Shown here in pieces: positions 56,912 to 64,000 of a stretch of 64,000 bases of DNA (position 1 is its first letter; each line of letters opens with the position of its first letter). The notes under the pieces are model-generated. The model was not told where the DNA came from. It did not search any database and saw nothing but the letters and a program-made list of their open reading frames with translations. The stretch is taken from the IMG/VR virus record IMGVR_UViG_3300024308_000302, positions 186,001 through 250,000 of that record; one strand, 5' to 3'. Made by a program: the position numbers and the translations under genes.

Positions 56912-57559
56912 TCAAATAATTAACATCCTGAGTGTAATTAGATTATTTTCAAATTCACTAGTATTAATACGATAAGCACCATCAAAGTACCATTCTGGAA
57001 ACAATTCCTTTGTAATTTCTTTATCATCATTGAGAAATACTTCAAGAAGCCTAAATTCATCATCTAATGGACAAAGCATATTACGATGCTTAGTAACGTT
57101 CAAAACAATATCTTGACTTGATTTTGATTTAAGATAATGAAGCGATTGATATTCAAAGTTGCTATCATATGAAATTGAGATTTTGTAACCTAACATGCCA
57201 GATTTAGAGCATCTTTTTACAATCGTATAAGATAAATCGACATTTGATATAATACCATTATTGTCAGTAGTAACTATACAATTACTTCCAAAAACAATAT
57301 TACTATTAAGCTGTTTTAAAAAATGAGAAATAGGCAATATCGGACTTAAACCAGTTAGCTCGATTTTTTGATTGTTGTAGGCATAAAACTTATCAAAATT
57401 TTTGATATTCTGTTGTTCGCTCATAAAAGAACTGTCAAATTTATTGAATACCAATCGTGCAATATTGCTTACAAAAGATTGAGCTTGTTTCTTTTTTTTC
57501 ATAGCTGCATCATAGTTTTCTTGATAAACACTATAATTTGATTTTAAGGTAGGCGTCAT
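56912..57559 (-). CDS. hypothetical protein, C-terminal M(-4) family (subgroup C)
   Basis: AAGG RBS; ends FPEWYFDGAYRINTSEFENNLITLRMLII. Confidence 0.82.
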   Translation of the reverse strand: MTPTLKSNYSVYQENYDAAMKKKKQAQSFVSNIARLVFNKFDSSFMSEQQNIKNFDKFYAYNNQKIELTGLSPILPISHFLKQLNSNIVFGSNCIVTTDNNGIISNVDLSYTIVKRCSKSGMLGYKISISYDSNFEYQSLHYLKSKSSQDIVLNVTKHRNMLCPLDDEFRLLEVFLNDDKEITKELFPEWYFDGAYRINTSEFENNLITLRMLII

Positions 57560-57573
57560 AATTAATTACCTTT

Positions 57574-57801
57574 TTAAATAAAAAGTCGAGTAAAATCAAC
57601 AATAACATCTCTATTATTGTTGCATTGTTTACCACAGCATTTACATTTACGATTTGACTTTTGAATGTCTTCCAAAACAGCCAAAGCTCGCTTGTTAGCA
57701 GCGATAGCTCTTGATTCAGCTTCTTTTGCTCTAGCTAAAGCATAATCAGCACGAGCAAACAAATCAGTCAGGTTGGACAATGATTTTAACTCCTTTACCA
57801 T
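57574..57801 (-). CDS. small coiled-coil protein with a C-terminal Cys cluster (start 57801, or TTG at 57780)
   Basis: Ala-rich helix then RKCKCCGKQC; AAGGAG precedes the TTG. Confidence 0.7.
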   Translation of the reverse strand: MVKELKSLSNLTDLFARADYALARAKEAESRAIAANKRALAVLEDIQKSNRKCKCCGKQCNNNRDVIVDFTRLFI

Positions 57802-58345
57802 TCGTATATTCAGGCAAGCTGCTCCAAACATAAAGGTTATCTACAAAATGTGGTGGTTCAACACGTTCAATTTCAAGAGCTTCTGCCATTTTTGTTGCAC
57901 GAGTAATAGCTTCTTCTGAAGTTAAGAAACTTGCAATGATTACTGTATTTTCGACTTCATATTTGATAATTGCACCATTATCTTCTGGATCAAAAGATGG
58001 CCTATAACCACTGACACCACGTTTAACGTTTTGAATGATAATCGAATAGGATTGATCATTACTGGGGTCATAATCAAGGTACTTAAGTTCATAACAAATA
58101 GCAAAATTACCTTTGCCAAAGTCTTCAAAATTCTTCCATCCCATAACAGAACGACCTGTAGCCCCACTGGTCCAATCTTTTTTCGTAATATAGACTAAAG
58201 TTCCTTTGGACAATCCATAAACATCCTGATTGAGAACTGTTTTAATAATGCAATCTTTTAATTGTTTAGTCTCATCCAAATTGTCTGTTTTTTTTGGGGT
58301 GCTCTCACCAAAAATTAAATCACCAAACTTTTTAAGACCATCCAT
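57764..58345 (-). CDS. hypothetical protein
   Basis: AAGGAG RBS; 193 aa. Confidence 0.8.
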   Translation of the reverse strand: MDGLKKFGDLIFGESTPKKTDNLDETKQLKDCIIKTVLNQDVYGLSKGTLVYITKKDWTSGATGRSVMGWKNFEDFGKGNFAICYELKYLDYDPSNDQSYSIIIQNVKRGVSGYRPSFDPEDNGAIIKYEVENTVIIASFLTSEEAITRATKMAEALEIERVEPPHFVDNLYVWSSLPEYTNGKGVKIIVQPD

Positions 58346-58453
58346 AATGTTCTCCTTAGATTTAGGTGTATTATATCAAATTTTTGAAAATTACTCAAGC
58401 GATAAACATCATTTCAAAAAGTCAAGGTATAATCATTCAGGATTTTGGTGTCC

Positions 58454-59404
58454 TTAACCTTTAAATTTGTTACAAACTTGAATCTTTTGTTTTTCATTTT
58501 TACGCTGGAAATTCAACTTATAGAAAACCATCTGGTTGAGCACATCAAGCGTATACGCGGCATCATTGCCAGCAACATGCAGTCTCAAATAAGGAATATC
58601 AAATGTACGAAGGGCTGTTCGAAGAGAAGCTGTCTCATTTTTAACATGATCACTGTTCAAGAAATGAAACTCATTTTTTGAAACATAAGAAGTATCAATG
58701 AAATTCATATTCTCAATAAACTCTTCTTCAAGGCCAAGCTGTTTCAGAATACTAATTTCAGTACAAAGATTATGGCCAACCAAATAATCACAATCAGAAA
58801 AATGCTCTTTGAAAATATCCAAAATAGCAGTTTTGTCGATATTGGAGGTTTCACCATAGTTAAAACGGTCTTTAGACTCATTTGAGAAAGAATAGTTGTA
58901 TGACATTCTTTGGCCATTTACTTGAATAGAAACACCCATTTCAAGCGGTTCAAAGTAATCACCAATGGTTACAAATTCAAAATCAAGAGCCATTAATTTC
59001 TTATCAGCAATATTTGTAGGCAATGGCCGATTGAATGACTCAATTAAATTTGATTTCTTTTTTTTCTTAGTAACACAAGCTTCCTGACGCAATAGCTCAA
59101 GTTCACGCAAATCATTTAAAGAGTTCACAAAAAAGCAGGCGTCTACTTCTGTAACTGTACTTTTCTCATAAGGTGCTGTTTTTTTCTTGATTCGAAAACG
59201 TTTATAAAGCTCGTTTTGAAATAATTGAAAAGATTCAACATCAATATAGAGCAATGAATTTTGAGTGTAGATTTTAGAGAAAATTTTAAGGTCAATAAGG
59301 TTTTCAGAGGTAAAAAACTTTTTAACAGCAGCAATTTTTTCAGATTCTTCCAATGGAATTCGGTTAAATGTTACGCCACGAATTTTGTCAATATTGTAGT
59401 ACAT
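58454..59404 (-). CDS. DEDDh 3'-5' exonuclease
   Basis: ExoI LMALDFEF, ExoII YLVGHNL, FIDTS, ExoIII LHVAGNDAAYT; GAGG RBS. Confidence 0.85.
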   Translation of the reverse strand: MYYNIDKIRGVTFNRIPLEESEKIAAVKKFFTSENLIDLKIFSKIYTQNSLLYIDVESFQLFQNELYKRFRIKKKTAPYEKSTVTEVDACFFVNSLNDLRELELLRQEACVTKKKKKSNLIESFNRPLPTNIADKKLMALDFEFVTIGDYFEPLEMGVSIQVNGQRMSYNYSFSNESKDRFNYGETSNIDKTAILDIFKEHFSDCDYLVGHNLCTEISILKQLGLEEEFIENMNFIDTSYVSKNEFHFLNSDHVKNETASLRTALRTFDIPYLRLHVAGNDAAYTLDVLNQMVFYKLNFQRKNEKQKIQVCNKFKG

Positions 59405-59483
59405 GACAACCTCATATTCTTTAAAAGATAGCTGATTGTATCATGATCCAAAATAAAAATGAACCCCCATACGTCGAGAAAAT

Positions 59484-59503
59484 AAAAACCACCCGAAGGT
59501 GGT
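59484..59503 (-). terminator. intrinsic terminator
   Basis: AAAAACCACC-CGAA-GGTGGT, same sequence as 29646. Confidence 0.8.
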
Positions 59504-59515
59504 ATAATATAACAT

Positions 59516-60559
59516 TTAAAATCTTGCCATTTTTAAAATTTCAAAATCTTTAATATTGATTTCTTCTGCTGCAATATCCAAATTTTTCTTAAAAATCTCA
59601 GCAATATCATCCCTAAGAGCCTTATGAATATTATCAACACCATCAAAAGAGATTGTTTTAAAATTATGTGATGATCTAATATCAATTTTTCTATAAGAAA
59701 TAAAATGATTTTCAGTAGTAACAACAAAAAATCTATGAAAATCCGATGGAGTATCTTCAATATTTATAGTATAACAATCATAATGGTCTTTAAATTTATT
59801 AGGATCAATCTCTAAAGTAATAAATCCTTTCAATGAATTAAATTCTTGTTTACTACCTGTCAAATTTATATAAAAAGCCAATGGATAAAATACTGAAACA
59901 ATATCATCTAATTTAGACTTTGAAAAAAATGGACTTAAAGCTTTTCTTATTGATTTTGGATGCAAATCAAATTTAATCGAATTTGAACCATCATTTGTTT
60001 CAATATATTTACTTTTTAATTCATCTTCACTCATGTAAACAAAAGAATTATCAGGAATTTTTGATGTAATAATATCTACATAATCCAAAGCCAATTTATC
60101 AATAAATTCTTTTAAAGTAATATTTTTTGGCATAATATCTTGTAATTTTCTTAAAAGTTCTGAATAGCACTTATCATAAGCAGAACCAGCCAACATTTCA
60201 CTAAAGGTATATCTATTATTAAAGAGATCAATATAAATATTTTCAAGGGTCTGATTTTTTCTAATAGCAAATTTAAGATCCCCAAAGAAAAAAACTAATT
60301 TATCTATATAAAACCCAACACAAACTTTATCTGCTTTTTTTTGAAGATCCCCATAAAGAACAGATGAACGAAGATCTGACAAATTTTTTAATTGATCAAA
60401 TTTTCGATAATCAATTTTAAACATTTCATCAAGAAATATAAAAGTATTTGCATCTGCTTCGAACATATAGACATCAGAATTTATACTGGAAGATTTCATT
60501 TTTGAGAAATCATAAAGTTCATGAAGACGTTCTTTTTTTTGAGTCATAAGATCTGTCAC
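59516..60559 (-). CDS. hypothetical protein, C-terminal M(-4) family (subgroup A; GTG start), tandem paralog of 60710..61801
   Basis: GGAGG RBS before GTG; RLHELYDF, IDYRKFDQLKNL; ends LDIAAEEINIKDFEILKMARF. Confidence 0.83.
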   Translation of the reverse strand: MTDLMTQKKERLHELYDFSKMKSSSINSDVYMFEADANTFIFLDEMFKIDYRKFDQLKNLSDLRSSVLYGDLQKKADKVCVGFYIDKLVFFFGDLKFAIRKNQTLENIYIDLFNNRYTFSEMLAGSAYDKCYSELLRKLQDIMPKNITLKEFIDKLALDYVDIITSKIPDNSFVYMSEDELKSKYIETNDGSNSIKFDLHPKSIRKALSPFFSKSKLDDIVSVFYPLAFYINLTGSKQEFNSLKGFITLEIDPNKFKDHYDCYTINIEDTPSDFHRFFVVTTENHFISYRKIDIRSSHNFKTISFDGVDNIHKALRDDIAEIFKKNLDIAAEEINIKDFEILKMARF

Positions 60560-60660
60560 AAGTGTACCTCCAAATATCCAAATATAAAATGAATTTAAAC
60601 TTTGAGCTATGATTATATCAATATAGGGAAAAATTTGCAATATTTATTCAGAGAATAAAA

Positions 60661-60682
60661 AATACCACTCGAAAGTGGCATC
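60661..60682 (-). terminator. intrinsic terminator
   Basis: ACCACT-CGAA-AGTGG with a left A-tract. Confidence 0.6.
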
Positions 60683-60709
60683 TTATGTAAATTATGTAAC
60701 TGAAGAACA

Positions 60710-61801
60710 TTAGAAACTAATCATAGTAATCAGTTCAATATCTTGATTACTAATATCTTGCTGTTCAATGTTTAATTTCTCCTTAAACACATTGGCAATA
60801 TCCTTTTTAAGTTCATTGTATACAGCATCAATACCTTTAATTTTAGTTACCTCATAACTTTGAGTAGCAATATTGATGCGATCTCTATGATTAGTATTAT
60901 AAGAAATAAAATAATCATCAGTAGTAATACCAATAGATCGATATTTCATAATATTGGAGAAATGCATAGTTTCAGGCATATCAATACCCATAAAGTAACA
61001 ATCATGATGTCTACTAAATTTATTTATACCATTCAAAGGTCCAATATAACCATGAAGTTCCTCAAACTTACCAGATGGATTATCAACAAGAGATAAAAAC
61101 GCAAAATGAGAAAGCACAAATACTATATGATTTAATTTGTCTGTCGGGAAAAACGGTTTCAATGCTTGTCTAATTTCTGCTGGTTTCAACCCAAATTTTC
61201 TAATAGCAGTAGCCATATTAGAATCATCATAATCATCAGAAACATTAGAATATTTTTCAATAAATTCTTCATTATCAACATATACAAAAGCATTATCAGT
61301 AATAGAAGCATTAATAATGTCTTTGGGAGAAGATTTATTTTTAAAATTAAATTCGGCTAATGTGATATCAGATGGTAATAGGGAATTCAATTCTTCCAGT
61401 TTTTTTTGATAGTATTCTTCATAAGCTGAATTATCAATAAAAGAATTAAATGAAAAGAAAGTTTCATGTATACCAATTTTTGCATTTTCAATTTTTTGGC
61501 CACGATTAATATGAAACTTAATGTTACAGTTAAATTTTAATGTACCAGAATCAATAGCAACAATACAAGAAACTGATTTATCTATATCATGATTCCTAAT
61601 ATGCATTATAAGATTATTTAAATTTTTAATTTGATCAAGTTTCCTATAATCCAACGTAAAGAACTCATTTAAAAAAATAATAGATCGCTCATCATTCTCA
61701 AAAAAATAAAAAGTTGTACTACCAATACATTTAGTTTTTGCTGAATCAAAATCATACAGTTCACGAAGACGTGTTTCCATGAGTTGCATTACATCAATCA
61801 T
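60710..61801 (-). CDS. hypothetical protein, C-terminal M(-4) family (subgroup A)
   Basis: GAGGA RBS; RLRELYDF, LDYRKLDQIKNL; ends LNIEQQDISNQDIELITMISF. Confidence 0.85.
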   Translation of the reverse strand: MIDVMQLMETRLRELYDFDSAKTKCIGSTTFYFFENDERSIIFLNEFFTLDYRKLDQIKNLNNLIMHIRNHDIDKSVSCIVAIDSGTLKFNCNIKFHINRGQKIENAKIGIHETFFSFNSFIDNSAYEEYYQKKLEELNSLLPSDITLAEFNFKNKSSPKDIINASITDNAFVYVDNEEFIEKYSNVSDDYDDSNMATAIRKFGLKPAEIRQALKPFFPTDKLNHIVFVLSHFAFLSLVDNPSGKFEELHGYIGPLNGINKFSRHHDCYFMGIDMPETMHFSNIMKYRSIGITTDDYFISYNTNHRDRINIATQSYEVTKIKGIDAVYNELKKDIANVFKEKLNIEQQDISNQDIELITMISF

Positions 61802-61869
61802 ATAAAATCCTCAAGTTGATTAATTAAAAATCAAAAATATAAAATATGTAGAAAAACATTGTATAATAT

Positions 61870-61891
61870 AAAAAAGAGGCCGAAGCCTCTT
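61870..61891 (-). terminator. GAGGC-family terminator (exact 20-mer)
   Basis: AAAAAAGAGGC-CGAA-GCCTCTT. Confidence 0.88.
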
Positions 61892-61904
61892 GAAAATTAT
61901 TTAA

Positions 61905-62390
61905 TTAACGGGTTAAGGTGTAATGATTAATAGAATCCATTACATCTTCTGAAACCAAAGTTTCCCGACAATCACCAGAACCATCCAGCACACCAGTCGC
62001 AATAATAATGTCAGATGGTGCAAGTTTAACACCAACAAGGGTTCGATATTGTACTGCTTGTTCAAAAATATCAACACCAGCAGAATTAGCAAGGTTGATT
62101 TCATCAAAAATCAAAACGATCTTTTTTTGTCCTTCAACACGAATCTGATTAAGATCCAAAATCCACTTCGGAAGTGCAGGTTCCTGCCCAAGAACTGGCA
62201 AACTCATAAAATCAATGACATCAACAATAGGAGTCCGAATAATGCAAACATGATAATCTGGGTCACTGAATTTTTCCAACAGCCTACTCTGTGTTCCATG
62301 CCCAACTTTACCCCAAACAACAAAACTTTTGGATAGGTCCAGTTCATTAACACCAACCACTTGCACTTCACGAGTTTTTTGAGTAGTCAC
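61905..62390 (-). CDS. stand-alone MoxR-like AAA domain with a degenerate Walker A
   Basis: GTG start with GAGGA RBS; VVWGKVGHGTQS (Lys absent), LIFDEINLA Walker B, IIIATG. Confidence 0.65.
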   Translation of the reverse strand: MTTQKTREVQVVGVNELDLSKSFVVWGKVGHGTQSRLLEKFSDPDYHVCIIRTPIVDVIDFMSLPVLGQEPALPKWILDLNQIRVEGQKKIVLIFDEINLANSAGVDIFEQAVQYRTLVGVKLAPSDIIIATGVLDGSGDCRETLVSEDVMDSINHYTLTR

Positions 62391-62459
62391 TTTATAAATT
62401 CCTCTGTTTTAATGATGAATTAAGTATAACATAAAATGGAAATGAGAGCAATCAACTTA

Positions 62460-62684
62460 TTAAATCAAAGAATCTGTTTCAAGAATAAATATGTTTTTTG
62501 TATCTGCTACTGGAGTATCCAAGCCTCTGCTGTCAGATAGTTGTTCTTCATTTTGTGGAATATAAAACATCGAATCATCCTCTTTAAGAGAAAAATCGAT
62601 AGGCTCAGGTTTAGGGAACACACTTCTTCGTATTTTTTCTATGTTAAACGCTAAAACTGATGTGTCTATGATAGTAGAATTCAT
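62460..62684 (-). CDS. small hypothetical protein
   Basis: GGAG RBS; 74 aa. Confidence 0.68.
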   Translation of the reverse strand: MNSTIIDTSVLAFNIEKIRRSVFPKPEPIDFSLKEDDSMFYIPQNEEQLSDSRGLDTPVADTKNIFILETDSLI

Positions 62685-62717
62685 GTCAAAACTCCGTTTT
62701 TGATATATGCCATTTTA

Positions 62718-63143
62718 TTATATCATATTATTGATAACTTCAACAAATGCACCTTTATTATTAAAAAGATACAAAGTATCAACAATTTTGTTATTGCGTG
62801 GGTCCATCACAATAGAAACCATTTTTTCCTTAGAAATGTTTGAAGCAACTTCTTCTTTAACAACAGCTAAAAATTCAGGAAAATTACCAATATCACCAGC
62901 ACAATCAGGTGTAATTCTTTTGCTCGGATGAATCATGAAAATACGTGGTTCACCAGAAGTCCAACCAACAGCAAGAACACTACCAGTGTCTTGATTTCTA
63001 AAAAATGGAATCAGATACATATAAGAATTAAAGCCATGTTTTTTATTGCCCATCGCACAAGCCAGAGCTTCAAAGTTTTGAAGACAATCTACAATATCAA
63101 CAACACTATCAAGAGAAATATTGTATTTGAACATAATCATCAT
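62718..63143 (-). CDS. hypothetical protein, paralog of 63492..>64000
   Basis: AGGA RBS; YLIPFFRNQD, MVSI, LFNNKGAFVEV. Confidence 0.8.
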   Translation of the reverse strand: MMIMFKYNISLDSVVDIVDCLQNFEALACAMGNKKHGFNSYMYLIPFFRNQDTGSVLAVGWTSGEPRIFMIHPSKRITPDCAGDIGNFPEFLAVVKEEVASNISKEKMVSIVMDPRNNKIVDTLYLFNNKGAFVEVINNMI

Positions 63144-63258
63144 CCTATAATGTAATGTCCAATTATACCATAAAACAGACCGAATATCTACTATATTATC
63201 TAAAATTTGATATTTTTTAAAAAAGGTATATCATATATAAACAAAATTATTGGAGAAT

Positions 63259-63462
63259 ATGATGGACTTCGAATTATTAATAAGCATAAATTGGATGTCA
63301 ATAGTCGGCATATTGATGGTTATGGCTTCCATCTATTTATTAGGTAGCTATATAGAAAAAGTTAGAATTAAAAACAAAGACCCAAAAGGATTATCTGAAA
63401 TATTAATATTCATATTGTTAATTGGTGGTATTGCTTTATTTTTCATACCAATAATGAATTAA
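63259..63462 (+). CDS. small 2-TM membrane protein
   Basis: GGAG RBS before ATG; two hydrophobic helices. Confidence 0.72.
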   Translation: MMDFELLISINWMSIVGILMVMASIYLLGSYIEKVRIKNKDPKGLSEILIFILLIGGIALFFIPIMN

Positions 63463-63484
63463 AAGGCTGATTAAGTCAGCCTTT
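63461..63484. terminator. bidirectional intrinsic terminator
   Basis: AAAGGCTGA-TTAAG-TCAGCCTTT between convergent genes. Confidence 0.8.
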
Positions 63485-63491
63485 CATGATT

Positions 63492-64000
63492 TCAAACTTT
63501 AGTAACATCAATAAATGGCCCATTATCATCAAACAATTTTACAACCCCCTTACGTCTATGTGTATAATAGCCATCAGTTTTACCATAATAAGAATTGTTT
63601 TTATAGTATTCCATAGCATTATGAATAGATACCATATTAGGATGAGTTAAATTTTTAATAATAATATCCTTTTTATTTTCTATGAACTCAATAAAATTCA
63701 TATCAAAATAAGAAATCTCAAAATCTTTTTCATAAGATTTTTCAGGTTTTCTCATTCTATAGAGAACAAGTTCCAATTTAAAAAAGTCATAACTTGCTAA
63801 AATGACAGATTTATCTTTTTTTCGAAAAAGTGGAATTAAAAATCGATGACAATAATCAGTACAAGGATCATAAGCAGGACGTTCACGTTTAGTGGCAAGA
63901 TAATCAATCGCATAAGCTTTTTGTGAAAGCATCTTAATGCAATTAATAATACTTGCAGTATCAGTTAATTGAATTGACTCATTAAAACTAGAATAAAGGG
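63492..64000 (-). CDS. 5'-truncated hypothetical protein, paralog of 62718..63143
   Basis: Frame stays open to the window edge; FNESIQLTDTASIINCI aligns with YNISLDSVVDIVDCL; FLIPLFRKKD, LFDDNGPFIDV. Confidence 0.75.
   Translation of the reverse strand, partial: LYSSFNESIQLTDTASIINCIKMLSQKAYAIDYLATKRERPAYDPCTDYCHRFLIPLFRKKDKSVILASYDFFKLELVLYRMRKPEKSYEKDFEISYFDMNFIEFIENKKDIIIKNLTHPNMVSIHNAMEYYKNNSYYGKTDGYYTHRRKGVVKLFDDNGPFIDVTKV

Noticed and set aside
16870-61891. GAGGC hairpins as a CRISPR array, REP elements or integron attC sites
   Set aside because: Copies are kilobases apart with no regular spacers. They have U-tracts and sit at gene 3' ends as terminators, lack attC core boxes, and no cas or integrase gene is present.
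283-63155. Numerous short antisense or overlapping ORFs in the track (e.g. 4446..4748, 29018..29529, 52106..53179, 56206..56787, 62049..62336)
   Set aside because: They lie opposite or inside better-supported genes, lack an RBS, and show the biased composition expected of shadow frames.

Overview
This is a very AT-rich, gene-dense 64-kb stretch with about 85 mostly minus-strand CDSs. Most are single- or two-gene cassettes with a sigma70-type (often extended -10) promoter and a short intrinsic terminator. No capsid, terminase, replication, rRNA, tRNA or CRISPR genes are visible. It is best read as the accessory/early region of a large mobile element, most likely a jumbo phage, with a megaplasmid not excluded. 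The element carries proteobacterial-type host genes (pepA, creA, pyrH). Other recognisable products are a phosphodiester-glycosidase (NAGPA-like) protein, a class I SAM methyltransferase, YopX-like proteins, a DEDDh exonuclease, a degenerate AAA domain, a PD-(D/E)XK nuclease and an RLIG1/DUF5565-type RNA ligase. Five structures go beyond the ORF track. (1) Seventeen divergent 214-374 aa ORFs share one C-terminal signature, with Met exactly 4 residues from the end in 16 of them. (2) A frameshift-hidden WHH-type HNH nuclease is coupled to a SUKH/SMI1-like immunity gene. (3) A HEPN (RxxxxH) plus Zn-finger gene sits between about 157-bp direct repeats that copy the 3' end of the RNA ligase gene and a rod-like RNA hairpin. 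(4) A seven-member secreted family has a constant N-terminal PLExxxGGxLP motif and variable Cys-bounded domains. (5) A reiterated GAGGC-loop-GCCTC terminator bounds cassettes and duplications. All family assignments come from motif recognition by eye; no database searches were run.
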